Below, one piece after another: positions 41,641-53,630 of a stretch of 64,000 bases of DNA. Every line of letters starts with the position of its first letter. Positions within the stretch are counted from its first letter, which is position 1. This DNA comes from Nitrospirota bacterium (GTDB lineage: Bacteria; Nitrospirota; JACRHJ01). Made by a program: the position numbers and the translations under genes. The notes below the pieces were generated by a model that worked only from the letters and a program-made list of their open reading frames with translations, did no database searches and was not told the DNA's origin. The stretch spans positions 9,311 to 73,310 of the forward strand of contig CAWJRJ010000022.1 in the NCBI GenBank assembly GCA_963845245.1. The letters run 5' to 3'.

Positions 41641-43208
41641 TTGGATTTCAAAATCATGAATGACGAAAAAGAGAGCATCCGATCAAGCAATACGGTGCAA
41701 ATAAACAACCTGATGGACTGGCAGGGCCAGTTTGAGGCGGTTTTCGCCAGCCTGCCGGTAGGCATCTCATATCTCACCCCCGATATGCGTTACATACGCA
41801 TAAACCCGTTCCTTGAAGAAAAGATAGGGAAGAAGTCCGACGAGATTGCCGGCAGGTTCTGCTATGAAACCAACGGGATGTATAAGGATGACCCGACAAG
41901 GTCCGGAAGGGAAAAGATCTGCGACCCATGCGGCATAGTCAAGGCCCTTGAGACCGGTGAGCCATTCAAGTTCACCAGGAAGAACAACGAAAACTTTATA
42001 GTTGAAAACATGGGCGTCCCCATCAAGGATGCCAACGGCAACATCCTGGGCCTTGTCGAGATAATAGTCGACATAACCGAACGGGTCAGGATGGAGGAGC
42101 GGCTGCAGCAGCATGCATCCCAGCTTGAAACCGCAGTCGATGAGAAGACCCGTGAGCTTTACAAGTCTAGAAGTCTTCTGGATAATATCATCCAGGGCAC
42201 CACGGACGCAATATTCACACTGGATGGCGAGGGCAGGTTCTGCTACATGAATTCCGCCGTGGAAGATGTTTTCGGATACCCGAGGGAAGGGCTGTTCGAG
42301 AAACCGATCGCCGAACTCCTGCTGGCCGCCGACAAAGAAAAAGTCATGCAGACGCTTGGGCCGCTGGAAGGAAAGGAGGCCCCTCTCCATAACCTTAAGT
42401 TGGTCAATTACGGCAGCAAACGGGACCGAAAAATACCTGCTCCTGAGCCTTACCCCCCTAACGGAAGGGGACGTCAACAACCGCTTTGTCGGCGTCTGCA
42501 AGGATATAACCAGGGAAAAGAAGCTGGAATACGAAAAAGAAGATTTCATTACGATGCTCACCCACGACCTCAAGACCCCTCTTACGTCGATAATCGGCTA
42601 CAGCTCGATTATCCTGGATGACGAATCCAGGACAATCAATGACACCGTCAAGTCCTCTGTGGAAGGCGTACTCGTAAACGCACAGAGGATGCTTGGCCTG
42701 GTCAGGAATTTCCTGTCCGCAGGCAAGATAAAAGACAATATGCTGCGTCTAGAGGCCGTACCCACGCGGATAGAATCCCTGGTCCTGGAGTCTCTTAAAG
42801 GTATGGAGCCCATATTAAGGGACAAAAATATCGAGATCGAGGTCAACTTTACCAGCGACCTGCCTGATGTTAACATCGATAGAGAACACATGGAGCGCGT
42901 TCTATGCAACCTCGTTTCAAACGCGGCGCGGTTTACGCCGGAAGGGGGCAGGATATCCGTGAGGGCCTCAAGATGCGGGAGACGGCTACATATGTCTTGA
43001 GATATCCGATACAGGGGCAGGAATACCCGAAAGCGAGATCCCAATGCTTTTTGACAAATACTATCAGGGCCGTAATTCCTCCAAGGGCACCGGTCTTGGC
43101 CTTTTCATAGCCAAGAACATAGTTGAAGCCCACCAGGGAGACATACAGGTCTCAAGCCTCACCGGCAAAGGTACCACTTTTACCATAAGGCTCCCGCAGG
43201 ACGTTTAA
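41641..43208 (+). CDS. Cytoplasmic PAS-PAS sensor histidine kinase (orphan; two indels)
   Basis: Two PAS domains (DITER, DITRE), THDLKTPL, NLVSNA; GTGLGL and TFTIRLP in a third frame. Confidence 0.9.
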
Positions 43209-43333
43209 CACAACACGGCCTATCCCCCCGATTGAGCAGCCGCCCCACTTGACAAAATTCCCGCGTGACATTATTTTTTAAATATTATCTGAAGGATTAT
43301 TGACAGCCCTTTCTGGCATTGCGGGATAACTAG

Positions 43334-44707
43334 ATGCACAAGTCCGTTTATTTCCTTGAACCGAAATCACCCGGCCTGCACATTTTCTCGGCATACCATA
43401 TCCCGAGGCTGGGCACCGTACTGCTTGCCACGATCCTCAAGGGGATGGGCTACAACACCAGGGTATTCATAGAGGACGCTGCAACGCCGGACTGGAAGGC
43501 CTTCGAGGACGCGGATATAATCGGAATCTCCACTATTACCTCTACTGCGCCCCGTGCTTATTATTTTGCAGATAAATTCAGGGCGCTGGGCAAGACTGTT
43601 ATAATGGGCGGCCCTCACCCCACCTTCATGCCTGATGAGGCCCTTGAGCATTCCGACTTCGTGGTGCGCGGCGAAGGCGAAGATACGCTCCCTGAGCTTA
43701 TCCACGCGCTGGAAGGTAACGGAGCCTTGGAAGATATCAATGGACTTTCATATAGTAGGCAAGGCGGTAATGTGCACAACCCGGACCGCAGCCTGATAGC
43801 AGACCTGGGCAGGTACCCCGCTCTTGATTTTTCTCTCGTCCACGGCTGGACAGACAGGTCGATAGTACCCATAGCGACGTCGAGGGGGTGTCCCTTCGAC
43901 TGCAGGTTCTGTTCCGTTATCTCCATGTTCGGAAGAAAATACCGCTTTCAGTCTATAGACAGGGTATTGGATGAGATCAAGTCGGCAGGAGAGAAACCGT
44001 TCGTTTTTTTCATAGACGACAACTTTACCGCAGACAAACACAGGACCAAGGAGCTTTTAAAACGTATCATAGACGAAGGCGTCAAGTTGAGCTGGGGAGC
44101 GCAGGTACGCACCGACGCGGCTGCCGACCCGGAGCTTTTGAGACTGATGAAGAAATCCGGCTGCACGAACGTCTATGTGGGCTTTGAGTCGATAAACCCC
44201 AGTACGCTCAAACTTTATAACAAGAAGCAGGGCCTTGAAGACGTAGTGGAGTCTATCAGGAAGTTCCGGGGGGCAGGGATACGGGTCCACGGGATGTTTG
44301 TTTTCGGGTCGGACACCGACGGGCCCGATACCATGCGCGACACATCCAGGTTTGCCAGACGGATGGGCATCGAATCCGTGCAGTTCCTGATACTGACACC
44401 CCTGCCCGGCACACAGGTCTACAGGGAGTTCAAGGAACAGGGGCGACTGCTCCACTCAGACTGGAGCAGATACGACACCATGCACACTGTATTCATGCCT
44501 GCACTGATGACGCCATCAGAACTTCAAAGGGCTACCTTCAAGGCAATGGCAGGGTTTTATTCCTGGAGGACGATAATAAAGCATCTCGCACGGTTTAATT
44601 TCTACTGTGGGATGTTGAGTTATTACGGGAAAAGGACAGTAAGAAAGGCATACGAGGAGGGTGAACGCTATCTGAAAGAGATCGAAAAACCGCCGCACCC
44701 GGTATAG
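43334..44707 (+). CDS. B12-binding domain radical SAM protein
   Basis: MGGPHPT, VVRGEGE, SRGCPFDCRFC, FIDDNF, LTPLPGT. Confidence 0.93.
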   Translation: MHKSVYFLEPKSPGLHIFSAYHIPRLGTVLLATILKGMGYNTRVFIEDAATPDWKAFEDADIIGISTITSTAPRAYYFADKFRALGKTVIMGGPHPTFMPDEALEHSDFVVRGEGEDTLPELIHALEGNGALEDINGLSYSRQGGNVHNPDRSLIADLGRYPALDFSLVHGWTDRSIVPIATSRGCPFDCRFCSVISMFGRKYRFQSIDRVLDEIKSAGEKPFVFFIDDNFTADKHRTKELLKRIIDEGVKLSWGAQVRTDAAADPELLRLMKKSGCTNVYVGFESINPSTLKLYNKKQGLEDVVESIRKFRGAGIRVHGMFVFGSDTDGPDTMRDTSRFARRMGIESVQFLILTPLPGTQVYREFKEQGRLLHSDWSRYDTMHTVFMPALMTPSELQRATFKAMAGFYSWRTIIKHLARFNFYCGMLSYYGKRTVRKAYEEGERYLKEIEKPPHPV

Positions 44708-44710
44708 CTA

Positions 44711-46516
44711 TCAAGGCTGCGTCCCGGCATCGTCCTTATTTGGTGCCGTGTGGTGGTTTTCTTTCTGCCTCCCTGACCCTTTTGGCACTTCACCGAAACC
44801 GGAGTGGATGTACTTCTTCTTCAACTCCTCATTTTTAGGATCAAGCTCAAGCGACTTTCCCCATTGCGCCTTGGCGGCCTCGGGCATGTTATTCTTCAAG
44901 TAGGCATCGCCCAGGTGTTCCCTTAAAACAGGGTCAGAGGCCTCGGCGTCCACAGCCTTCTGCAGCATCTCGACAGCCTTGTCGAGCTGCCCTCTTTTAT
45001 AATACAACCAACCCAGGCTGTCCAGGTAATAGCCGTTGTCCGGCTTCAGTTTCAGCGCCTTTTCAATCAGAGACTGCGCCTCCTCAAGGTCTTTCCCCTG
45101 TTCTATGTAGCTGTAACCCAGGTAGTTGAGCGCCTCGGAGTTATCCGGGTTGAGTTCTATGGCCTTCTTCATGTTCTCGATCATAGCGGGATAGTTCTTG
45201 AGCTTGTCGTAGGCCACTCCTATATTGAAATAGACCTGGTCTTTGTCCGGCGCAAGTTCCTTTGCCTTCTCAAAATACTTGAGGGCCTCCTCAGACTTGC
45301 CGGACTGGCTCAGGGTTGCGCCCACATAGAGGTATAGTTCGTACCGGCCCGGGTTCTCCTTTATGGCTTCCTGCAGGTAGTCGAGCGCCTTGTCAGTTCC
45401 GCCCGCCTTTTCCCTCAGGTATGCGATGTGGAGGACGGCGTCGATGTCGGTCGGGTCTTTCTTTAGGAGCGCTTTATACTGTTCCTCCGCCTTGTCGTAC
45501 TGGCCGAGTTCCTCCCTTATTGCTGCCAGGTAATATTTTATCCGGGAGTCGTCCGGCCTTAGCGATGCAACCAGTTCAAACTGTTCAATTGCCTTGTCGT
45601 ACTCTTTTTGTTCAAGGTATATGAGGCCCATGCTGGTCAAGGCGTCGGTGTTGTCCGGGTTGATCTTCAGGAGTTTCCCGAACTCATCGAGCGCATCGCC
45701 GTATGAGTGGTTATGGATGTATATCTGCGCAAGCCGTCCCCTGACCTCCTGGTTGTCGGGGTTCTTTTCAAGGATGGCGCGGTACTGCTTGGCCGCAGAG
45801 TCGAAATCGCCCATGATCTCGTAGATAACCGCCATGCTGGTGCGGGCTATCTCCAGGTCTGGCCTCTGCTCAGCCGCCTTCTTGAAAGCCTCTATTGCCT
45901 TGTCGTAATCCTTCATGTCGGCGTAAAGCCTGCCCAGGTAGAATGAAGCCATGCCGGTACCGGTTTTGAGGCCCTCAAGCTTTTTTAAAACCTCGATGGC
46001 CTTGTCATATTTTTTCTGGCTTGCGTAAAGGCTGCTCAGGTAGACGTACGCATCCTCTTTGGTGGGGTCAAGCTCTATAGCGCGGGTATATGCGGCGGCG
46101 GACTCGTCCAGCCGGCTCGAAGAAGCATAAATGGCGCCCAGGAACATATATGCGGGCTGGTAGTTGCTGTCCTTCTTGACGGCGTCCTCCGCATACAAGA
46201 GAGACTCGCCAAGCTTGCCCTGTTTCATCAGGGCCTTGGCCATCGCAACCTGGAGGTAGGCCGAGTCCTTGTCATAGGTGATAGCCGACGCATATTCGTT
46301 TACTGCGGTCTGGATATCGCCGTTCTTCTCGGCCAGATACCCGTTCATGAAATGCAGGTACGCCTGGTCCGCGTTCTGGGGGATAGCCGCCGGTTCTTTC
46401 TCTGCGACAAGCGGAGCCCGGTTGTTGATTTTCGTATCTCCGGCCGAGGCGCATGAGGTGACGAACGCCAGGGCAATCGCGAGAGATATTAGTCTGATGC
46501 TATTATTGAAATTCAT
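44711..46516 (-). CDS. TPR-repeat lipoprotein
   Basis: Lipobox-like VTSC, many TPRs, ALNYLGYS and YLDSLGW motifs. Confidence 0.9.
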   Translation of the reverse strand: MNFNNSIRLISLAIALAFVTSCASAGDTKINNRAPLVAEKEPAAIPQNADQAYLHFMNGYLAEKNGDIQTAVNEYASAITYDKDSAYLQVAMAKALMKQGKLGESLLYAEDAVKKDSNYQPAYMFLGAIYASSSRLDESAAAYTRAIELDPTKEDAYVYLSSLYASQKKYDKAIEVLKKLEGLKTGTGMASFYLGRLYADMKDYDKAIEAFKKAAEQRPDLEIARTSMAVIYEIMGDFDSAAKQYRAILEKNPDNQEVRGRLAQIYIHNHSYGDALDEFGKLLKINPDNTDALTSMGLIYLEQKEYDKAIEQFELVASLRPDDSRIKYYLAAIREELGQYDKAEEQYKALLKKDPTDIDAVLHIAYLREKAGGTDKALDYLQEAIKENPGRYELYLYVGATLSQSGKSEEALKYFEKAKELAPDKDQVYFNIGVAYDKLKNYPAMIENMKKAIELNPDNSEALNYLGYSYIEQGKDLEEAQSLIEKALKLKPDNGYYLDSLGWLYYKRGQLDKAVEMLQKAVDAEASDPVLREHLGDAYLKNNMPEAAKAQWGKSLELDPKNEELKKKYIHSGFGEVPKGSGRQKENHHTAPNKDDAGTQP

Positions 46517-46520
46517 TTTC

Positions 46521-46697
46521 CTACTTCTTTTCCGTCTTGTCCTGCTCTTCGTCTTTACCGGCCGCAGACTTTTTAAAGTTGGTTATGGCTTTGCCAAGGC
46601 CTTCGCCGATCTGGGGGAGTTTGCCCGCCCCGAAGATGACGATCACAATCAGCAGTATAATGATCAGTTCGCCAAAACCGAGCCTTCCTCCAAACAT
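46521..46697 (-). CDS. tatA: Twin-arginine translocase TatA/E subunit (absent from the ORF track)
   Basis: [44 protein letters not shown]... Confidence 0.93.
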   Translation of the reverse strand: MFGGRLGFGELIIILLIVIVIFGAGKLPQIGEGLGKAITNFKKSAAGKDEEQDKTEKK

Positions 46698-46719
46698 TAG
46701 ATTCCTCCCGGGACATGCA

Positions 46720-47392
46720 TCATCCCTTTAAGAGCGTTTTAACGGGTCTGCCGATAATCGCCTCGGCCCTGGCCAGATCTTCCGGAGTGTTCAGGTTTAT
46801 GAACGATTCAAAATCCGGGTCAAATAACCGGATATCTGACTCTTCGACTACCTTCACGTTCATACTGGGAAAAACATCCTGGATGCTGCTTATCCCATTT
46901 CCCATCGCATCTTCTATCTGCGGGAGCGCGCTCTTGCCGTAGTACCCGAAGAGAGGCTCAAGATATCCACCTTTCCTTGGGACCACCACGTCATACAGCC
47001 TCCTGCATTTTCCCATCCACCGCACCAGGGCGGGGCTTATAAAGGGCATATCGCAGGCCACAATAAACGCAGACCCGCCGGAAATGCCATGCAGCCCGCT
47101 GAAGATGCCTTTAATAGGGCCTCTTATCCCAGGGAACCTGTCTGAATCCGGGATTACCTTGATGCCGAGGTCGATGGTAAGGTTCCGGGTCGTTCGATAT
47201 TACCAGAATATCCTTAAAAACGGACCCCAGAGCCCTTAATTCGCGCTCTATGACGGTTTCATCCCCAACCCGGAGGAATGCCTTCGGAGCGGTCCTTAGG
47301 CTGGCCATGCGGCTGCTTTGGCCACCGGCCAGGATAACGGCAGTCACGTCGTCAAAATCACCGGCACCATAACGGGAAAAACATCTGCTCAT
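46720..47392 (-). CDS. mobA: Molybdenum cofactor guanylyltransferase (indel(s) near 47110-47175)
   Basis: [35 protein letters not shown]. Confidence 0.88.
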
Positions 47393-47441
47393 TCTTGATA
47401 AATTTACACAAAAAAAGCTAAAAAGTCAATAAAATACGGAA

Positions 47442-48266
47442 TTAGAGGAACCTGAGCGCAGGCGGGAACGGGGCCTCTCCGAGTCTTTCGGCAAGCTCAA
47501 GGAAGAGCATCAGACCCTTCTGGTGTTCGTGGCCGAGATGGTATGACATCGCCTTCCAATAGGCGGCCAGAGGCTCCACACCCATCCAGGCAGACTCAGG
47601 CGCCCGCAAGGCAAGGGCGTCATAGCCGCCCTCCGCATTGTCCCTTGCGGCAGGGAGGTCTTCCTTGAGCCTCCTGCAAAGCTCGGCCAGCCTCTCGGCC
47701 GAATCCTTCCTGACCATCCAGAGCGCATAGACAAAAGGCAACCTTGCGTATTCATGCCAGAGCCGGCCAAGGTCATATACATACAGGCCTTCTACTGGAG
47801 GATTTTTTCCTTCTTTCAGGGCCTCGTCGCCGATAAGGAGCGCCGCATCGTGCTTCTTGAGCATATAGGCCAGTTCTGGTTTGACAGCCGAAAAAACGGC
47901 TTCTACCCCATACTGAAATCTCAAGAGCGCCTTCAGCATGACGACCGACGTTGCCGACGCGGAGGTAACGGCTATGCTGGCCCCGCCCAGGTCTTCTATC
48001 GGGCATTTTGAAAAAAAGAGGATGCTGCCGACATTCCCGGAAGAGCTGATAGAGATACCGGGTATTATAAGATACTCGTTCCAGTTCCTCGCGTATTCGA
48101 TGGAAGAGGAGGCGCTGACGTCTATCTCCCCAGTTACCAGTAACCTGTTCAACAGGGCGGGTTCACCCTCTATGAACTCGTAACCGGAGCAGTCGAAGCC
48201 CTCTTTCAGATTGGTATATATCGGGGTGCAGTTCGCGTACCTTATCTCGCCTATCTTGAGTTTCAT
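47442..48266 (-). CDS. mqnA: Chorismate dehydratase (futalosine menaquinone pathway)
   Basis: GEIRYANCTP, VGSILFF, SATSVV, ALLIGDEAL, LPFVYALW. Confidence 0.88.
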   Translation of the reverse strand: MKLKIGEIRYANCTPIYTNLKEGFDCSGYEFIEGEPALLNRLLVTGEIDVSASSSIEYARNWNEYLIIPGISISSSGNVGSILFFSKCPIEDLGGASIAVTSASATSVVMLKALLRFQYGVEAVFSAVKPELAYMLKKHDAALLIGDEALKEGKNPPVEGLYVYDLGRLWHEYARLPFVYALWMVRKDSAERLAELCRRLKEDLPAARDNAEGGYDALALRAPESAWMGVEPLAAYWKAMSYHLGHEHQKGLMLFLELAERLGEAPFPPALRFL

Positions 48267-48279
48267 CGATTCACTTCTG

Positions 48280-49501
48280 TTATTCGTACCGGAGGGCGGT
48301 TATCGGGTCCATGGCCGCGGCTTTTCTTGCGGGATAAAAACCGAAGAATATCCCGACCGCCGCCGAAAAGCAGAAAGCGAGGGCTACTGAGAATATCGTT
48401 ATGTGGGTCTTGAACTGGGAAAACGCGTCGACAATCGCCGAGAGCCCGACGCCGAGCATGATGCCGAAGAAGCCGCCCAGAAGAGAGAGCACCAGCGCCT
48501 CGATCAGGAACTGCATAAGGATGTCCCTGCCCTTTGCGCCCACGGCCATCCTTATGCCTATCTCACGGGTACGCTCGGTCACGGACACGAGCATTATGTT
48601 CATTATCCCAATGCCGCCGACAAGCAGCGATACCCCGGCCACGCTCCCGAGCAGCGCCGCCATGATCTTCGTCTGGGTCTCGGCCATCGCAAGCATCTCG
48701 GAGAGGTTGCGCACCGAGAAATCGTCGTCCTCGCCCTCCGGTATCTTGTGCCTCTGGTGCAGGAGCTGTGTAATCTGCTCGACGGCCTTGCCCAGCAGGT
48801 CGTTGCTTTTACCCTTGACCATAATTGCATTAAGCGCGGTCACACCGAACAGCCTCGTCATGGCGGTCGAGACGGGCACCATTATAATGTCGTCCTGTTC
48901 CTGGCCGTTCGGCGACTGGCCCTTCGTCTCAAGCACGCCCACCACGGTGAACGGCACGCTCTTTATCCTTATCACCTTGTTGAGCGGGTCCTCGTCCCCA
49001 AAAAGCTCTTCGACTACTCGTGTGCCTATGAGGCAGTTTTTCGTCCGGCCGTCCACGTCCTGCCGGGTAAGGAACCTGCCGCTGGTGACCGGCCATTCCC
49101 TGACCTGCTCATAATCGGCAGAGGTGCCAAGTATCTGCGTACTCCAGTTCCTGTCGGCATAGACGACCTGCGCGCCCCCCCTGACGATCGGGGCGGCCGA
49201 CATCGACCGCCGAAGCCTCGTTCGCTATAGCCTGCACGTCTTCCGGGATAAGGGTGTTCGTGTTCCCCGACCCCATCCTTGCTCCGCCCGACGTTGTGCT
49301 GCCGGGGATAACGAGTATCATGTTGGAGCCAAGCGACGCGATGGACTTTGCAAGGGACGCCTTCGCGCCCTCGCCGACCGCGAGCATTGTTATTACAGCT
49401 GCCACGCCTATAATTATGCCAAGCATCGTAAGGATGGAGCGCATCTTGTTGACCCGCAGGCCACGGAGCGCGATCCTCAACGTAGGCAGGATATACAGCA
49501 T
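48280..49501 (-). CDS. MacB-family ABC transporter permease (one indel)
   Basis: RSILTMLGIIIGV, VGGIGIMNIMLVSVTERTREIGIRMAVGA, ALRYE. Confidence 0.93.
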
Positions 49502-49502
49502 C

Positions 49503-50204
49503 TTATGTCTCCACCCGGCGCAGGCCGGCGCTCTTCTCGTCGCTTATTATCAGGCCGTCCTTGAAATGCACATGCCTCCCCGCGTATTCCGCGATATCGG
49601 GCTCGTGCGTTACAAGCACTATGGTTATGCCTTTGTCCTCGTTCAGCCGGGTGAAGATGTTCATGATCTCCTCGCTCGTCCGGCTGTCGAGGTTTCCGGT
49701 AGGTTCGTCGGCCAGGAGCACCTTGGGCTCGTTCACGAGCGAGCGCGCTATCGCCACCCTCTGCTGCTGGCCGCCCGAGAGCTGGTTGGAAAAATTATTC
49801 TCCCGCCCCTCGAGGCCTACGCTCTTGAGCGCGCTACGCGCCCTGTCATGGCGCTCGGCGGCGGACAGCCCGTTATAGAGCATCGGCAGCTCCACGTTTT
49901 CCATGGCGGAGGTCCTGGGCAGGAGGTTGAACCCCTGGAAGACAAACCCGAGCAGCTTGTTCCGTATCTCGGCCAGGCGTTCGTTGGGAAGCCCGCCGAC
50001 CTCTATGCCGTTCAGGCGGTATATCCCCGAAGTCGGGCGGTCGAGGCAGCCGAGCATGTTCATGAATGTGGACTTGCCCGAGCCTGACGCCCCCATGATG
50101 GCAACGAACTCGCCGCTTTTAATGGATAGCGAAACCCCGTTCAAGGCCATGAACTCGACATCACCCAGCTTGTATATCTTAACGAGGTCGACAACCTCAA
50201 TCAT
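49503..50204 (-). CDS. ABC transporter ATP-binding protein (MacB/LolD family)
   Basis: GASGSGKST, LSGGQQQRVAIAR, ADEPTGNLD. Confidence 0.95.
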   Translation of the reverse strand: MIEVVDLVKIYKLGDVEFMALNGVSLSIKSGEFVAIMGASGSGKSTFMNMLGCLDRPTSGIYRLNGIEVGGLPNERLAEIRNKLLGFVFQGFNLLPRTSAMENVELPMLYNGLSAAERHDRARSALKSVGLEGRENNFSNQLSGGQQQRVAIARSLVNEPKVLLADEPTGNLDSRTSEEIMNIFTRLNEDKGITIVLVTHEPDIAEYAGRHVHFKDGLIISDEKSAGLRRVET

Positions 50205-51494
50205 GCTACATCCTCATCATTCCGTGGCCGCCACCGCCGCGTGTGCCAGATGCCGCCGCCAGGTTTTCCGACGGTATCCACAATCACGTCGTCGCCTTCG
50301 GAAAGGCCGGAGATCACCTCGGTATTATTGAAGTCAGTCACTCCGAGCTTCACCTTGACTTCCTGCGGCTTCTTGTCTTTCAGCACCCATACTTTTTTCA
50401 TGCCGGGTGTGCCCTTGGATTTCTTCTCCTTGGCAGCCTGGTCGATCTTGACCCTGAGCGCTGAGTTGGGCACCAGCAACACGTCCTTCTTCTCGCTCGT
50501 TATTATCTTAACGTTGGCGGTCATGCCGGGACGAAGCAGAGCCGTCCTTGTTGGCCACCTCTACTATGCCCGTATACGTGACGACGTTCTGCACCGTGAC
50601 CGGCGCATAGTATACCTGCGCGAGCGTGCCTTCGAAGACCCGGTCGGGGAATGCGTCAACGGTGAAATGCGCCTTCTGGCCGACCTTGGCCTGGCCGACG
50701 TCCGCCTCGTCGATCGAGACCTCCACCTGCATGACGGACAGGTCGCCGATTGTGAGAAGGTTAGGCGTGTTGAAGCTCGCCGCCACCGTCTGGCCGACCT
50801 CGACCGTCCTGTCGATAACGACGCCGTCCATCGGGGAGCGTATTACGGTCTTGGAGAGGTTTGTCTCCGCAGTCCGCAGGCTCGCCTGGGACTGTTTTAC
50901 AGCCGCCCGCGCCTCGGCAATCTGGGCGTCGGTCACATCGTTCTTTGCGACTTCTACTACGACCTGTTCATGCTGGGCCTTGGCAACCAGGTAGGCCTGC
51001 CGGGACGTATCGAGGTCGGAACGCGAGATCATGCCCTTGTCGAAGAGCATCTGGTTTCTCTTGAAGTCCGCCTCGGTCTTGTCCATGTTGGCCTTTTTCT
51101 CGTCTATCGCGGTCTTGACCGAACTTGACTGGATCCCGCGGCCGGACTCCATCTCACGGAGCCTGGCTTGAGCGTTCATAAGGTTTGCCCGCGCCTGGTC
51201 CACCTGCGCCTGGAAGAGCTCCTGGTCGAGCTTTACAAGCACCTGCCCCTTTTTAACAGGGCAGTTGTAGTCGGTCAGTATCTGCCTGATGGTGCCGGAG
51301 ACCTCCGTTCCCACAAGCACGCTTACCTTTGCCTGAAGCTTCCCGGTGGCCGAGACCGAAGACACTATATCGCCTTTTTTTACCGGCTGGGTTATGTATT
51401 TCCCATCCTCGGAAGAAGCCTTTGTCTTGTAGACATAAAAACCGCCGCCTGCAATGACCAGCAGTGAAACGACTAGAATTAACGCCTTTTTCAT
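50201..51494 (-). CDS. Efflux membrane-fusion protein (MacA-like; indel near 50535)
   Basis: VGTEVSG, IRSPMDGVV, VGQTVAASFNTP, GMTANVKI. Confidence 0.92.
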
Positions 51495-52930
51495 TTCTGA
51501 ATCCTCGGTGGTGTACCAGTGGTCCTGAGCAGCTTTGAGAACGCCAGGTGGTAGTTGTAGAACGCCTGGGCCAGGTTGGACTCCGCGGTCGTTAGCGATA
51601 CCTGTGCGTCCGTCACGTCCAGTATTGCGCCGACACCCGCTTCGTAACGCCCGTTGGCAATGTCCAGGTTTTCCCTTGCCGACCTTACTGTGACCTTGAA
51701 CCCTTCGTAGCTCGCCTTCGCGTCTTGGATAGCAATGTATGATATACCGACCTGGTTCAATATATCGTTTTTAGTGTCCTCTATATTGTATTTGCTGGAG
51801 AGCATCACCGCGCGCGCCTGGCCAACCCTGGCAACGGTATTGAAGCCCGAAAAGATCGGGATATCGGCGGCGATTGTAACGCTGTTGTCATTAAAGGTGT
51901 CGAAGCTGTCCTGCTTACGCCAGCCGTACGAAGCACTCGTAGATATGGTAGGCAGGAAACCGGCCATCTGGCTCTTTACTATCATCTCGTTAGAGTGATA
52001 CTGCTCTTCGAGGCTCTTAAGGTCCGGCCGGTCCTCGATTGCCTGTTTAAGGTAGAACTCCATGGGGTTTTCAAGCGGCTCAAGCACCGGCCTGTCCTCC
52101 ACTTCCGTGGGGGCGAGCGGGTCGATGCCTATCCTCGTGTTCAGGTTCACCCTCGCCACCTTTACCGCATCCTCGGACTGGATTACCAGCACCTTGGCGT
52201 TGTAGACCTGCACTTCCGCCTGCGTGACGTCGAACTTCGGCTTTGTCCCGACTTCATAAAAGGCCTGCGCCTGCTTGAGGTGCGCGTTAGCGTCATCGAG
52301 CGTCTCATGGGCGACCTCTACAAGCGACTGGGTCTTGAGGAGGTTATAGAACGCGTCCATTATATCGTATGCGACTGTCTGCTCGGCGCTGTCGAGGTTG
52401 TCCATCAGGGCTTTCTCAAGCGACTTTGAACTCTTGACGTTGAAGTATGTCCTGCCGAAGTCGAACAGTATCCAGTTGGCGTTGAAGCCATAATTGTCGG
52501 TCATAGTCTGGGTGGTGAACTCACTCAACCTCGTCCTCGGGGGGAGCGAAGCAGGTATAAGACGTCTAACCTCGTTCCCGAGCCATAAATAGTTGCGGCT
52601 CGCATCGAAAGTGAGTTGGGGCCAGAAGGCCGACTGGACCGCGAGCGTGTTGAACTTTCCGGCCCTGAGGTTCTGGGTCGCGGCCTGTATCTTCGGGTGG
52701 CCGGGGATGGCCATGTTTATAGCCTCTTCAAGGGTAAGTTTTTTGCCGGGCTTCTGAGCGGTCAAGTCCGGCGTTGGCTGTGCTGGAGCAGCAGGTGGGG
52801 CAACCGACGGCTGCGCAGGTGCGGCCTGCGGGGCAGGCTTGGCCTCGTCCGCATACACCATGCCAGCCAGGGAAACAGCAAGCACTGGCGCCAGTATCAA
52901 GGCTATACGAAAATGTGATAATTTTGACAC
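51491..52930 (-). CDS. TolC-family outer-membrane efflux protein
   Basis: Signal peptide after a GGGAGG RBS and GTG at 52930; LTLEEAI, RYEAGVG..LDV.DAQ repeats. Confidence 0.92.
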   Translation of the reverse strand: MSKLSHFRIALILAPVLAVSLAGMVYADEAKPAPQAAPAQPSVAPPAAPAQPTPDLTAQKPGKKLTLEEAINMAIPGHPKIQAATQNLRAGKFNTLAVQSAFWPQLTFDASRNYLWLGNEVRRLIPASLPPRTRLSEFTTQTMTDNYGFNANWILFDFGRTYFNVKSSKSLEKALMDNLDSAEQTVAYDIMDAFYNLLKTQSLVEVAHETLDDANAHLKQAQAFYEVGTKPKFDVTQAEVQVYNAKVLVIQSEDAVKVARVNLNTRIGIDPLAPTEVEDRPVLEPLENPMEFYLKQAIEDRPDLKSLEEQYHSNEMIVKSQMAGFLPTISTSASYGWRKQDSFDTFNDNSVTIAADIPIFSGFNTVARVGQARAVMLSSKYNIEDTKNDILNQVGISYIAIQDAKASYEGFKVTVRSARENLDIANGRYEAGVGAILDVTDAQVSLTTAESNLAQAFYNYHLAFSKLLRTTGTPPRIQK

Positions 52931-52961
52931 ACCAACCTCCCTTGAATTAGAAGACCATGAG

Positions 52962-53609
52962 TTAATTAAGCTCATGCGGCTTGACCCGGACTTCTGAGCT
53001 CAGGCCGTTGAAAAAAACATCGAGTATAAGCCCGGCCTCGGAAGCCAGAGAGCCCTGTCTTTTCTGCACAAAATGAAACATCGCCATCCCACGGACCATC
53101 GAAAACAACATCGAAAATGCCTTCCCTGGATCTATTTCCCTCAGGGCCCCGCTTTCCATGCTCTCAAGAAGCGCGCCGACAAACAAGGTCTCGTATTTTA
53201 CGCGCCGCTCGAAAAAACCCTTCCCGTATTCGGTGGACCTGTCAAGGAACGGGCCCATCCTCTCGGTATAGAATACGCTGAAGAAGTCTTTTTCAACCTC
53301 CATCGCATTGATTTGGGTGTTCACAAGGACTTTCAGCTTCTCAATCGGGTCGTCCATACCCTCGACCGCCTGGCTCATCGACTCTAATATTTTATCAAAA
53401 CGGGTCACTACGCAGTGGAAATAAAGGTCTTCCTTGTTTTTGAAATAAAGATAGATGGTTGCCTTCGAGATGCCAGCCTCTTCCGCAACCTGCTCCATCG
53501 TGGCCTTATCGAGGCCATTCTTTGCAATCACCTTTATTGCGGCGTCGAGTATGCCCTCGGTCCGGAACTTTTGTAACAGTTCTTTTTTGCCTGTACTCTT
53601 CTCTGTCAT
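52962..53609 (-). CDS. TetR/AcrR-family transcriptional regulator
   Basis: ILDAA...ATMEQVAEEAGISKATIYLYFKNKEDL. Confidence 0.95.
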   Translation of the reverse strand: MTEKSTGKKELLQKFRTEGILDAAIKVIAKNGLDKATMEQVAEEAGISKATIYLYFKNKEDLYFHCVVTRFDKILESMSQAVEGMDDPIEKLKVLVNTQINAMEVEKDFFSVFYTERMGPFLDRSTEYGKGFFERRVKYETLFVGALLESMESGALREIDPGKAFSMLFSMVRGMAMFHFVQKRQGSLASEAGLILDVFFNGLSSEVRVKPHELN

Positions 53610-53630
53610 TATACACCATGTCAATCACAA

